Origin: Candidatus Latescibacterota bacterium
GTDB taxonomy: Bacteria > Latescibacterota > UBA2968 > GCA-2709665
Length of the DNA: 64,000 nucleotides
Direction of reading: 5' to 3'
Assembly (NCBI GenBank): GCA_965203805.1
Contig: OZ241917.1
Location: 3,168,001 to 3,232,000, forward strand
Made by a program: the position numbers and the translations under genes
In this document: in pieces, positions 1-9,567 of the stretch
How the letters are laid out: the number at the start of each line of letters is the position of its first letter
Position numbering within the stretch: the stretch's first letter is position 1
Notes under the pieces: generated by a model
The model's input: the letters and a program-made list of their open reading frames with translations, nothing else
Databases searched by the model: none
What the model was told of the DNA's origin: nothing

Positions 1-900
1 GTGAAGGTTCATTTCCGTCATGACCTTGTAAAGCGTGGAAATATAGAGCGGTACGACGGGAATAGCCGCGCTGGATTGGGTGACCACGGCCTTGTTTACC
101 GAGACGTGAGCGCTTCCGTCTTTCTTTTTCAGCCGGTTGTCCAATTCCCTGGCCGTGGCTTCCAGGTGCGTTTTCGCTCTCCCGATGGTGCCCTCCCTGT
201 ACAGCGGCCGGGTCAGCTCCGGGCCAATATATGTGAAGGCGACCGTTCGCACGCCCTCTGAAAGCACGTCGGCGGCTTCAAGTGCCCGAATCCACAGCTC
301 CCAGTCTTCGCCTCCCATTACGGCCACGGTATTGTCGATCTCGTCTGCATTGGCCGCCTCGATGGCAACTTTCGAGACGACGCCCGTGCGGACGTCGACC
401 GTTTTGCCCGTGTAGGGTTCGCCCACAGGTTTGAGTACGGAGGTGTGTTGCGTTCCTGTATGGGGGTGCGTGCGCCGCGGCGATGCCAGGCTGTATATCA
501 CGAGGTCGACCTCTCCCAGGTCTTCCTTGATGGCGGAGATGGTCTGTTCCTTGATTTCATCGGAAAACGCGTCTCCGTTGATGCTCTTCGAATAATGACC
601 CGCGTCTTTTGCGGCGCTTTCGAAGGCGACCGAATTGTACCATCCCGCCGAGGCCGTGCGATTCCGCAAGGCCGGCCTTTCAAAGAAAACACCCACGGTC
701 CCGGCGCCTCCACCGAAGCAGGCGGCAATCCGGGAGGCCAGACCGTAACCGGTCGATGCGCCGACAACCAGGACGTTCCGGATGCCTTCCACGGGAGGCT
801 GCTGCCTGACCCAGTCGATCTGTTCCTGGACATGCCGCGCGCATCCGACCGGGTGGGCGGTCGTGCAGATATAGCCTCGAATTCTGGGTTTGATGACCAT
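1..900 (-). CDS. fabV: Enoyl-ACP / trans-2-enoyl-CoA reductase FabV (3' end runs off the window)
   Basis: Manual translation from ATG at 900: MVIKPRIRGYICTTAHPVGC...VLVVGASTGYGLASRI...SINGDAFSDE...YSLASPRR...VMGGEDW...YIGPELT..LY..GTIGRAK. These are FabV signatures. Missing from the ORF track because it has no stop in the window. Confidence 0.93.
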   Translation of the reverse strand, partial: MVIKPRIRGYICTTAHPVGCARHVQEQIDWVRQQPPVEGIRNVLVVGASTGYGLASRIAACFGGGAGTVGVFFERPALRNRTASAGWYNSVAFESAAKDAGHYSKSINGDAFSDEIKEQTISAIKEDLGEVDLVIYSLASPRRTHPHTGTQHTSVLKPVGEPYTGKTVDVRTGVVSKVAIEAANADEIDNTVAVMGGEDWELWIRALEAADVLSEGVRTVAFTYIGPELTRPLYREGTIGRAKTHLEATARELDNRLKKKDGSAHVSVNKAVVTQSSAAIPVVPLYISTLYKVMTEMNLH

Positions 901-929
901 GGAACCGTCCTCTTTCGCCTATCAGGTTT

Positions 930-2330
930 TTATGTGGCGGGTCTTGTCTCTGTCCAGGGCGCGATCGTCTCGAGGGCGGCCGAGGCGCGCAGCACGCCCG
1001 CGTCGTCGCGCCAGCGCCCGACAATCTGCAGTCCAACCGGCAGTCCGTCGCCTGCAAAGCCGACTGGTACGGTGGCCGCCGGCTGGCCCGTGACGTTGAA
1101 CGGATACGTGAAAGCCGTCCAGCCGAGATAGCTGGTGGGATGCCCCGCGATATCGCCGGGATGGTCGTTACCCGCGGTAAAGGCTGTGACGGGAAGCGTG
1201 GGGCTGAGAAACAAGTCGTAGGCTTCCATGAATTCACGCCAGCCGTGGTAGTAGTCGTTGCGACGCGCGTACGCGGTTGCCAGCTCGGCGCCGGAGACGC
1301 CCCGGCCTCCATCGATCACGGCGACGAGGCCGGCGTCCAGAAGGTCGCGGACTTCGTTCAGGTTGTCCTTGAATACCCCGGCGAACGAGGCGGCCCAGAT
1401 CGTGTCGGCGAGATCCCAGGGGTCGGGCAGACCGGGATGGGCCTCTTCGACGTGACAGCCCAGTTCCTGAAACCGGGCCGCCGCCGCCGCCGCGACCCTT
1501 TGGACGTCGGGGTCGATCCGGGCGTACCCGAGGTCGGGAGACCATGCAATGCGCAGGCCGTCGATATCGCCCTCCATTTCGCTGAGATAATCGGTCGTAT
1601 CCGGCAGCGACAGGCGGTCCATGGGGTGGGCGCCGGCCATGGCCGTGAGCATCATCGCGGCATCCTTCACCGTCCGGGCAATTGGACCCGCGTGGGAGAG
1701 CAATTCGACCACACTGGCAGGGTATTGTGGAACACGGCCCCAGGACGGTTTGAGACCGTAAAGGCCGCAAAAGCCGCACGGGATGCGGATTGAGCCGGCG
1801 CCGTCCGTTCCCTGTGCGATCGGACCCAACCCCAGTGCGACGGCTGCCGCCGCGCCGCCGCTGGACCCGCCAGCCGTACGGCCGTACTTCCAGGGATTGT
1901 GCGCCGGACCGTTCACGCGGTTTCCGGAGTCTCCCTTCCAGCCCAGTTCGGGAGTGGTGGTCTTGCCAAGAAGGACCATCCCGGCATCGTCGAGGCGTTC
2001 CGCAAGCGGCGCATCGTAATCCGGCACCCAGTTCCTGTAGAGCAGGGACCCCCGCGCGGTGAGGATACCCTTCGTGGGGGTGAGATCCTTGAGCGATCCG
2101 GGGATGCCGGCCAGCGTCCCGGCGTTTCCCGCCATATATGCGCGTTCGGCGCGAATTGCCTGTTCGAGGGCGTGTTCGTGAGTAACGGTGACGTAGGGAT
2201 TGTAGACGGGATTGAGCCGTTCAATCCGGCGCAGCAGCGCTTTCGTGACTTCGACGGGCGAAAGCTCCCGCTTCAGATACAGATTGCGCAGTTCGTACGC
2301 TGAAAGATAGCAGAGATCGTCTGATGTCAT
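930..2330 (-). CDS. Amidase-signature family amidase (GatA-like)
   Basis: SLKDL, GGSSGGAAAAVA and GTDGAGSIRIP Ser-cisSer-Lys amidase signature. Confidence 0.9.
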   Translation of the reverse strand: MTSDDLCYLSAYELRNLYLKRELSPVEVTKALLRRIERLNPVYNPYVTVTHEHALEQAIRAERAYMAGNAGTLAGIPGSLKDLTPTKGILTARGSLLYRNWVPDYDAPLAERLDDAGMVLLGKTTTPELGWKGDSGNRVNGPAHNPWKYGRTAGGSSGGAAAAVALGLGPIAQGTDGAGSIRIPCGFCGLYGLKPSWGRVPQYPASVVELLSHAGPIARTVKDAAMMLTAMAGAHPMDRLSLPDTTDYLSEMEGDIDGLRIAWSPDLGYARIDPDVQRVAAAAAARFQELGCHVEEAHPGLPDPWDLADTIWAASFAGVFKDNLNEVRDLLDAGLVAVIDGGRGVSGAELATAYARRNDYYHGWREFMEAYDLFLSPTLPVTAFTAGNDHPGDIAGHPTSYLGWTAFTYPFNVTGQPAATVPVGFAGDGLPVGLQIVGRWRDDAGVLRASAALETIAPWTETRPAT

Positions 2331-2956
2331 CCCGCCGCTCCGGGTTCTCTAAAACGCGGATCCGGGGTTGCCGGCGTTGGAGAGAAGAGGTCTCCCGCAA
2401 GCGCAAGCAATTGCGCGACCAGGCGGTACGAAATGCCCCAGAGGACACGCCCGCCGGGACCCGGCAGATCGATGGTGGAAAAGAGGCGTTCCGCGTTGTC
2501 GATCCGGAAGCTGCGCCTATGGTGTCGTCTGGCGTCGGCGAGTTCGCCAAGTCCGACCCAGAAAGCCTCTTTCACTTCGTCGTTCGGATGAAGCCGGCCC
2601 GTGGATCCGACGCAGTAGACGAAACCCGACACGAGGACGGGGAGGGTGGCGCCGGTGACGTCGTCCAGGCGTCCGAGGTACTCGGCGCGCCCGAGATCCA
2701 GGCCGACTTCCTCTCGCGTCTCGCGCTCGGCGGCAAGGCGCGTGCTCGCGTCGAGGCGGTCGACCCTCCCGCCGGGGAACGCGACGTGGCCCGACCACGG
2801 ATCGTCATCGCGCTGCGACCGCTCGATAAAGAGAAGCTGAACCGCTTCCTCCTGTTGATGCAGTACCATTGCGACGGCGGCGCGGATCCCGTCTCGTGAG
2901 GCCAGACACGGCTTGTATCCAGCCAGAACCCGGCGGATGTCCGCGATCGAAGTCAT
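2327..2956 (-). CDS. Nudix hydrolase, CoA pyrophosphatase-like
   Basis: AAVAMVL...WSGHVAFPGG plus Nudix box AAERETREEVGL; LWG motif; overlaps the amidase start (ATGA). Confidence 0.88.
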   Translation of the reverse strand: MTSIADIRRVLAGYKPCLASRDGIRAAVAMVLHQQEEAVQLLFIERSQRDDDPWSGHVAFPGGRVDRLDASTRLAAERETREEVGLDLGRAEYLGRLDDVTGATLPVLVSGFVYCVGSTGRLHPNDEVKEAFWVGLGELADARRHHRRSFRIDNAERLFSTIDLPGPGGRVLWGISYRLVAQLLALAGDLFSPTPATPDPRFREPGAAG

Positions 2957-3387
2957 GAGGGTCTGGACTTTCGATATTGGTGGTATATCAGAAATCCAAG
3001 GCCGAAGCCCGCGTTGATCAGCACCGGGATGCGGTATATACTGACCACGTCGTACCTGAACACGGCGCCCGATGCGCCCGCGGAGACGATCAGAAACGAC
3101 AGGACGATCAGGGGTTTGCAGATTGCCGGCGGCACAAACGCCGCCGTTACGATAGCCATGAGCGCCGAATGGAAGATAAAGAACCCGGCGTAGCCGTTTC
3201 GGACCGCCATCGCGAACTGCCAGTCGTACCGGTATGCCCAGACCAGGTAGACGTGGGCGACGGCAACCAGCGCAACTAGGGCGATGGCCGGGCGGCTGCA
3301 GGCGCCTTTGGCGACGAGTGCCAGGTTCGCCGAAAGGCCGAGATACCCGAGAAAAGCGAGCAGAAACGTGAAGTTTTCAAGCGTCAA
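2953..3387 (-). CDS. Hypothetical integral membrane protein
   Basis: About 5 hydrophobic segments; stop overlaps the Nudix start. Confidence 0.7.
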   Translation of the reverse strand: MTLENFTFLLAFLGYLGLSANLALVAKGACSRPAIALVALVAVAHVYLVWAYRYDWQFAMAVRNGYAGFFIFHSALMAIVTAAFVPPAICKPLIVLSFLIVSAGASGAVFRYDVVSIYRIPVLINAGFGLGFLIYHQYRKSRPS

Positions 3388-3617
3388 GATGAGGCCTGTG
3401 CCGGCAACGGTGAATCAGGGCGCAGGTATCCGTACCGGTGGAGAGCGGACCGGCAGGGTGCGCTGAAACCGTGAAAGGATATTGTACACCGGGGCGGGTT
3501 GGCCGGGGGTGCGGGAAGGCCGTCAGGAATTTTGAAACGGCTTCTCAGGGAATGGGATAGAATCCGGGGGCGCGCCGGCGCGGTGAGATTTCCCGCCGGT
3601 TCTCTCGCTTTGTGCCG

Positions 3618-4832
3618 TTATTCTCCGGTATCAACCGGGTTCTTGATCCGGTCGATCTTGTCCTCGCAGTACTTTTTGAATTTTCGATCTCTCAGACCCC
3701 TCTGGTAGGCCCGTATCGCTTTGTCCTTCCAGCCCTGCGGCCGCCACGCGTCGTATACATCGCCGATAATGACGTACGCCGGCACGCCGAACGTTCTGCT
3801 CGACGTGGCTCTCCGGGCGTTGTTCAGCGCATTCTGGTACTGTTTGAGTTCGAAATAGGCGTCCGCCGCCCGGTACTGGGCTTCGCTGTCTCTGGAATTC
3901 AGCGCGAGCGCCTGTCGATAGGCCGAGACCGCACTCTGGTAGTTCTTCCCCAACGCGTGGGAATATCCCAGCGCCGTGTAGATTCTGACCTTGTCTCTAT
4001 TGGTGGGCGCCACCGCAACGGCTTTTCTCAGCGTAGCGACGGCCCTCGAATGTTGTTTTGTTCGGTTGTATACGACCGCGAGGCTGCGATAGGCGTTGAT
4101 GTTCTTCCCGTCCTTGCAGTTCGGATCGCTGTCGATCGCCCGATTGTAACTCCGGATTGCCCGGCTGTTTCTCTTGGTAACCCGATACAGGTCGCCAAGC
4201 TGTCTATGGGCCTTGGCGTATTGGGGGTTGAGCTCGACGGCCGTACCAAAGGCATTCTCCGCCTGTTTGTATTTTCGGGCTTGTCTGGCGGCCAGGCCGA
4301 GATTGTAGTAATTGGTGGCGTCCGTCGGATCGAGCTGCGTGGCGTTTTCGTACTCCTCGATGGCCTTCCTGTAGTTCTTGCGGATGAGGAACGCCCTGCC
4401 CTGCCGCGCATAGGCCGCTTTCAGGAGTTGCCGGGCGCGGCCGTCCTCAAAATTGCCGTCTAGGTTCAGGACCGCCTTAAACGCCGCCTGCGCTTCCTTG
4501 TATTTTTTCAGGTTGTAATAAAGGTTGCCCAATTCATAATGCGCTTCTACGTAGTCCGGCTTTACCGAAGTCGCCATCCTGAAGTTGCTGATGGCCTTGT
4601 CGGTATCCTTCAGCTTCTGGTAGGTCTTGGCGATGCCGCGATAGGCCTGGGCGTTGTTGCCGTCGAGTTTGACCGCATCTTCGAATGCCTGGAGCGCCTG
4701 CTGATATCGCCTTTTTTCGAAGAGGGCCTGACCGGCGTTGTATTTTTCCGCCGATTCGGGAGCCACCTGGGCCCATGCCGGCTGACAGAATAGAAGACAC
4801 AGAAGCAGGGGTAACGACTGTCGACAACGCAT
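3618..4832 (-). CDS. Exported tetratricopeptide-repeat protein
   Basis: Signal peptide ending AWA-Q; multiple TPR motifs (AHYELGNLYY, YYNLGLAA, A..AF..AV.LNP). Confidence 0.88.
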   Translation of the reverse strand: MRCRQSLPLLLCLLFCQPAWAQVAPESAEKYNAGQALFEKRRYQQALQAFEDAVKLDGNNAQAYRGIAKTYQKLKDTDKAISNFRMATSVKPDYVEAHYELGNLYYNLKKYKEAQAAFKAVLNLDGNFEDGRARQLLKAAYARQGRAFLIRKNYRKAIEEYENATQLDPTDATNYYNLGLAARQARKYKQAENAFGTAVELNPQYAKAHRQLGDLYRVTKRNSRAIRSYNRAIDSDPNCKDGKNINAYRSLAVVYNRTKQHSRAVATLRKAVAVAPTNRDKVRIYTALGYSHALGKNYQSAVSAYRQALALNSRDSEAQYRAADAYFELKQYQNALNNARRATSSRTFGVPAYVIIGDVYDAWRPQGWKDKAIRAYQRGLRDRKFKKYCEDKIDRIKNPVDTGE

Positions 4833-4885
4833 ATCCGGTGATCCTCTCGATAGTGCTGGTTAACGTGAAAGCGAATTGCAGACCG

Positions 4886-4916
4886 ATAATATTGCCAATT
4901 TCAATGTTGATGTCAA
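4886..4916 (-). promoter_or_regulatory. Possible sigma70 promoter for the TPR gene
   Basis: TTGACA at 4916-4911 followed by an AT-rich -10 region (TATTAT at non-optimal 19-bp spacing). Confidence 0.35.
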
Positions 4917-4995
4917 CCGCTTTGGACATGCGGAAAGGCCACCACCGGTTGTGTGATGGCCTCCGCGGAACTGAAACGTAATGGCTCGGGTCTAA

Positions 4996-5186
4996 CTTTG
5001 ATTCGCAATTTTTCGGTAACGTTAAATCGAATAAATGCAAGTTAATAAAGGCGATTAAACGTCTGATTTCCAAGATACTTCAGGTCACTGGACGTGAAAC
5101 AAAAAAATGTCCATTTCGACGAACTTTTCGGCCCAATTCGGAAGGTTTCGTCGCGTCGCCGAGATGCTGCTTTTGTCGAATTGAGG
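4996..5186. mobile_element. MITE-like element, family A (IS1380-like ends), flanked by a CTAA duplication
   Basis: CTAA|CTTTGATTCG...CGAATTGAGG|CTAA; ~140 bp clearly homologous to 53164-53305. Confidence 0.65.
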
Positions 5187-5858
5187 CTAATCGTGCAGCT
5201 TGAATCGGATGCGTTGGGTCATCCAGACGTTTACGGGTTTATCGTTCTGGATGGCCGGCTTGAAAACGAACTGTCTGACCGCATCGATGGCCGCCTGCCT
5301 GAATATCTCCTGGCCCTTCAATACCGAGACCCTGTCCGTGCGCCCGTCTTTGCGCACCATAAACTTGACGAATACATTGCCTTCCAACCCTGCTTTTCGC
5401 GCTATTTCGGGGTATTTGGGGCTGACCGCCCTGATCTGCACAGGCTTCTCCTCCACGCTCCAGAACTCCATCACTTCTTCTTCCATCGGTGCTTCGGTAG
5501 CGCCCGGCGGCGGGGGCGGCAGGTCGACCGGGGCCTGATCCAGGTCGAGGTCGGTCGTTTCGATGGTTACATCGTCCGGCACGTCTTCGCTCTCGGTTTC
5601 GATCGGCATGGCCGGCCGCGGGGGCGGCGGCGGGCGCTGAATCTGCCGTGTCTCCGGAATTTCTTCCATCTGGATGATGATCTGGTCTTTCTTCCCCGCC
5701 GAGGCCCGTATATCGAACGTGGGGAAAAGGATAGCCATAAAAAGGTGCAGCGCGCAGGAAATGCCGACAGACGTCCAGAAGACTTTCGGATAACGCCGTC
5801 TGAGGTCGTGCTCCGGGTATTTCCGACGGACGATGTCCTTTCCTTTGATATAGGCCAT
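5187..5858 (-). CDS. tonB: Energy transducer TonB
   Basis: N-terminal TM helix (SCALHLF), Pro-rich linker, C-terminal domain YPEIARKAGLEGNVFVKFMV...FKPA; start chosen at MAYIKG. Confidence 0.9.
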   Translation of the reverse strand: MAYIKGKDIVRRKYPEHDLRRRYPKVFWTSVGISCALHLFMAILFPTFDIRASAGKKDQIIIQMEEIPETRQIQRPPPPPRPAMPIETESEDVPDDVTIETTDLDLDQAPVDLPPPPPGATEAPMEEEVMEFWSVEEKPVQIRAVSPKYPEIARKAGLEGNVFVKFMVRKDGRTDRVSVLKGQEIFRQAAIDAVRQFVFKPAIQNDKPVNVWMTQRIRFKLHD

Positions 5859-5863
5859 ATGGG

Positions 5864-6274
5864 TTACCTCTCCCGATCCGTGGCAAAGTTGACGCGCAGC
5901 GCGTCGGCCTTGCGAAGTTCCTCGATCACTTCGGAAACCAGCCCGTAGGGCGCCCGTGTATCGCACTTCAGGGAAACGATGAGACGCGGGTTCTGCACCC
6001 GGCGTTCGTAGAAAATGGGCGCAACCTGGTTTACCTGGGCGATTTTGTCGTCGATATAGACCTTCCGGTCCGCGGAGATCCAGACGTAGGACACGTGCCG
6101 GCGCGTCTTGATTTCCTCGACCTTTTCAGCCCTGGGCAGCACGATACCGGTGACCCGATAGCGGACGAAAACCGTCGTGACCATGAAAAAGATCAGCAGG
6201 AGAAAGGCGATATCTGCCATTGAACCGGTCGGAATGGACGAATGCACCCCGGATTTTTTCGAAAAATCAGCCAT
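5864..6274 (-). CDS. exbD: Biopolymer transport protein ExbD/TolR
   Basis: SMADIAFLLLIFFMVTT motif. Confidence 0.92.
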   Translation of the reverse strand: MADFSKKSGVHSSIPTGSMADIAFLLLIFFMVTTVFVRYRVTGIVLPRAEKVEEIKTRRHVSYVWISADRKVYIDDKIAQVNQVAPIFYERRVQNPRLIVSLKCDTRAPYGLVSEVIEELRKADALRVNFATDRER

Positions 6275-6302
6275 GCTGAAGGTCTCCTGTTGCCGGACGG
6301 GC

Positions 6303-6719
6303 CTACTTTTCCGGGGATGCTAGAGAGATCCGCGTTGCGCCGGAGAGCTTGATCTCATCCAGAACGTCTATGAACGCGTTATAGGGCGTTTCCTCGTCGG
6401 CCTTGAGTGAAACGATCAGCTTGTCGTTTTCGCTCAGGCGCCGCTCGATGTCGGCGCGCAGCTGGCTCAGCGGCATTTCCTGTTCCAGGTTGATAAGGAT
6501 ATCCCCGGCGGCATTCACCCAGACGTTGCAAATATTCTTCTTCTGGATCTTCTTGTTTTCTCCGGCGGGCGGAAGCTGCATCCCGATGCCCTTGTCCTGG
6601 TTCATTGTGGTGGTCACCAGGAAGAAGACGATCAGCAGAAACGCAATGTCCGCCATGGACGAAGTCGGTATATCGGGATTGGATTTGTTCCGCCGTGCCA
6701 GAACTGGCTTGTTTGCCAT
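6303..6719 (-). CDS. exbD: Biopolymer transport protein ExbD/TolR (second copy)
   Basis: SMADIAFLLIVFFLVTT; KADEETPY. Confidence 0.92.
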   Translation of the reverse strand: MANKPVLARRNKSNPDIPTSSMADIAFLLIVFFLVTTTMNQDKGIGMQLPPAGENKKIQKKNICNVWVNAAGDILINLEQEMPLSQLRADIERRLSENDKLIVSLKADEETPYNAFIDVLDEIKLSGATRISLASPEK

Positions 6720-6722
6720 AGC

Positions 6723-7349
6723 TTATTCTCCCGCGGGCGTGTCGTAGCCGGCCTGGATCAGTTCGTCGATGAACTGAGAGGAGCTTTCCTGCATATCGAT
6801 GATGATTTTATCGATCTTGGAGACGAACAGGTTGTGAAGCGCCTGAATCGGAATGGCGATAACCAGGCCGGAGGCGGTGGTGATGAGCGCCTCGGAAATA
6901 CCGGCCGCCACGATACTCGGCTCGACGTCGCCGGCCTTTGCGATGGCGTCGAAGGCGCTGATCATACCGCTCACGGTCCCGAGGAACCCGAGCAGCGGGG
7001 CGATATTGGCCACGGTGGACAGCCATACCATGCCTTTTTCCAGAAAGGCCATTTCGATGGCGCCAGACTCTTCGATGGCCTTTTCGACGTGTTCGATCCC
7101 TCGATCGAGACGAAGAAGGCCCGCATGGAGGACCGAAGCAACCGGGCCTCGATGGCTCGCGCAGACTTCGGCGACGCCTTCCGGCCCCCGTTGTTTGAGC
7201 GCTTCCTGAACCGCGGTGAAGAATTCCCGGGTATCAATTGAAGACCGCCACAGCGACCAGAAACGTTCGATACTAACCGCGATACCGAAAAGCAACATCA
7301 GCAGTAGCGGGTGCATAAAGGGCCCGCCGTTGACGTAAAGTTCAACCAT
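6723..7349 (-). CDS. exbB: MotA/TolQ/ExbB proton channel
   Basis: APLLGFLGTVSGMI...GISEALITTASGLVIAIP. Confidence 0.92.
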   Translation of the reverse strand: MVELYVNGGPFMHPLLLMLLFGIAVSIERFWSLWRSSIDTREFFTAVQEALKQRGPEGVAEVCASHRGPVASVLHAGLLRLDRGIEHVEKAIEESGAIEMAFLEKGMVWLSTVANIAPLLGFLGTVSGMISAFDAIAKAGDVEPSIVAAGISEALITTASGLVIAIPIQALHNLFVSKIDKIIIDMQESSSQFIDELIQAGYDTPAGE

Positions 7350-7535
7350 GCTTCAATCCCCCAGTTGACGATGTGAATGTTCGCTGCGGTGGAATAATGC
7401 GCGCCTGATGCGCAGGCCGCCGACAAACGTCCGGGACTCCGCTTTGGATTCCGGACCGTCCGCAAGCCTCGACGTTCGGAATTTTACAGCGACGAAAAAC
7501 CGAACGTCCGTGGCATATCCAGAGACCGGCAAACC

Positions 7536-8738
7536 TTATTTTTTGCCTTCGATATCGACCTCCTCCTCTTTCTTCTTCTTGAAGAATTCAATTTTCTTTT
7601 TCTCCTCCTCGGACATGGGAGGGTCGATTTCGTCGATCATCCGCTTGGCGTTTCCTGCCCAGAGTGGATCCTTACCGGCCTTCTTGAACCATCTCAGCGC
7701 GCTGACGGAATCCCGGGCGGCATTGGACTTCTTCCACCTTTTGTAATGGTATTCTCCCCGCATGTAGTTGAATTTTCCATTTCCCGGATCCAGTCTGAGC
7801 CCTCTGTCCACCAGGCCGATATCGCCGGTCATGTCGGCCAGTTGCTCGACGACGCTGAGGTTGTCGGGCTGAATCCTGATCATCTTTCTCAGCAGGCCGA
7901 TCTGAAACCGCCTGGATTTTCCGAGCTGTTTACCCAGTGTGAGCAGCTGGTCCAGATAGAGAAAATCCTCCGGGTTGTGGGCGTGGAGTTTCTCGTATGC
8001 GCTGAACGCCTTCCGGTCCATGCCCAGCCGGCTGTACATCCTGGCGAGATTGTCCAGAGTCGCATAATCTTCCGGGTTCAATTCAAGAAGCCGTTCCATC
8101 TCTTTCAGGGCTTCGTCTTCGTCGCCCATATGCAGGGTGAGTTTTGCGATCGCATCCTGGACGTCGGGGTTATTCGGCTCCAGTTCGCCCCAGCTGCGGG
8201 TGTGCTTCAGCGCCGATTCGTAATCCTCGATTTCTATATTCAGAGCGACCAGTTCATGCAGGTACTGGATCTGCTGCTCGGGTTTCCTGGCAATTGCGAG
8301 AAGCTTTTCGTAAACTTCGATTGCCTCCTCGAGCATTTGTTCCTGTTTGTAAAGCTGGCCAAGGTAATATAAGGAGTTTCGCGCATTGGGACCCGATGGA
8401 TTCAGCTCGATCGCTTTCTTGAACCAGTCGATGGCGTCCCGGGGTTTTTCCGTCTCATTGTACAGCTTGCCCAGATAGTACGCGGTCTGGGCGTTCCGGG
8501 AATTGAAGTCCCAGGATTTCGTCAGCTGCAGGAGCGCGTCTTCGTATTGTTTGTTATCCAGATATCGCTTGCCGAAATAAACGTGTTTCCTCGACATCGC
8601 ACTGGAGTCGACGGGCGCCTCTCGCGGCTTCTGATCATCCTTCTTCGACTTTCTTCTGGCATCGGCCGGCGAAAACAGACCCAGGATCAGGAAGCCGCAG
8701 AGAAAAATGGTGACGCCGTCCGCAAGCCTGAATTTCAT
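7536..8738 (-). CDS. Exported tetratricopeptide-repeat protein
   Basis: Signal peptide (ADA-RR) and TPR motifs (AYYLGKLY, LYYLGQLY); start at MKFRL after a GGAG RBS. Confidence 0.85.
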   Translation of the reverse strand: MKFRLADGVTIFLCGFLILGLFSPADARRKSKKDDQKPREAPVDSSAMSRKHVYFGKRYLDNKQYEDALLQLTKSWDFNSRNAQTAYYLGKLYNETEKPRDAIDWFKKAIELNPSGPNARNSLYYLGQLYKQEQMLEEAIEVYEKLLAIARKPEQQIQYLHELVALNIEIEDYESALKHTRSWGELEPNNPDVQDAIAKLTLHMGDEDEALKEMERLLELNPEDYATLDNLARMYSRLGMDRKAFSAYEKLHAHNPEDFLYLDQLLTLGKQLGKSRRFQIGLLRKMIRIQPDNLSVVEQLADMTGDIGLVDRGLRLDPGNGKFNYMRGEYHYKRWKKSNAARDSVSALRWFKKAGKDPLWAGNAKRMIDEIDPPMSEEEKKKIEFFKKKKEEEVDIEGKK

Positions 8739-8838
8739 GACATTCACTCCTCGGCGGGACAACCGCACACTTCCGCCGATTCCACGTAAATCGCTGGCAT
8801 CAAGACGTATAGACAACTGTAGCACTTAGAAACATAGA

Positions 8839-8867
8839 AATCTAACGAATAGGAATTTGGATGTCAA
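8839..8867 (-). promoter_or_regulatory. Sigma70-type promoter for the TPR/exb/tonB operon
   Basis: TTGACA-17 bp-TAGATT on the minus strand. Confidence 0.6.
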
Positions 8868-8989
8868 GGCAAAATCCATACGCATTTATTACGATTCTAT
8901 TACGAATACAACGCTCGGGACGGCAGGAAGATTGACCCGCGCCGACTCGATGGAGGCGCCGGAAGCACATTCCGTAAAACGCGCCCTCG

Positions 8990-9262
8990 GAAGCTGTCAT
9001 AATGCTCCCGGTGCGTTCCCGGGCGCCAGCGAAAACGCGGCGGTTATGAGGCGCGAGGGGCGCGCAGCGCCGACGGCCGGAACCGCCCGTATCCTGATGT
9101 ATCGAGGCTGCGCGCCCCTCGCCTCTCCAGGGTGGGTCCGGCCAACGACGACCGACCTGCCTGCAGTGCGGTACGCTGCGCGGGCAGGCGCTTTTGCAGC
9201 CGCCTGCCTTGCCTGCGGCAGCAGGCAGGCGCGAAGACCGCTGGAGGTTCTAAAACAGCTTC
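8990..9262. mobile_element. Structured MITE-like element, family B (IS5/IS1182-like ends)
   Basis: Terminal inverted core GAAGCTGT...ACAGCTTC; internal 16-bp inverted repeat gcgaggggcgcgcagc/gctgcgcgcccctcgc; shares gttccc...gcggcggttatgaggcgcgagg with 20470-20512. Confidence 0.55.
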
Positions 9263-9272
9263 TTAATGCCGG

Positions 9273-9301
9273 TTGACACAATGTGGCGAATCCGGTATAT
9301 T
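9273..9301 (+). promoter_or_regulatory. Sigma70 promoter upstream of guaB
   Basis: TTGACA-17 bp-TATATT. Confidence 0.7.
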
Positions 9302-9465
9302 GGGACACTTTCCATCGGAAAGACGAACGACCCTCGCGGACGCACACAGGAGTTTCCGATGCACAAGAGAATCTGGGCGCCGGTCCCTGCCGTTAAGGAC
9401 AGGTCTTCCCCGCGGCCGCTCACCTGCGCGCGGAGGAGGCGCCCGGCCTTGTAACGGGCAGCCGT

Positions 9466-9499
9466 GCAAACCCCTTGACACGTGTGTCAAGGGGTTTGC
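9466..9499. repeat. Perfect 16-bp inverted repeat in the guaB leader
   Basis: gcaaaccccttgacac-gt-gtgtcaaggggtttgc. Confidence 0.9.
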
Positions 9500-9567
9500 T
9501 GTATCCGGAAACGTCAGGACGGCCGTGGCGTGAAGTCGCCGGCACAAACAAACCAGGGGAGATATCA

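Noticed and set aside
930-2330. True GatA of the GatCAB amidotransferase
   Set aside because: No adjacent gatB/gatC and no GatA-specific SNLxRxDG motif; generic amidase
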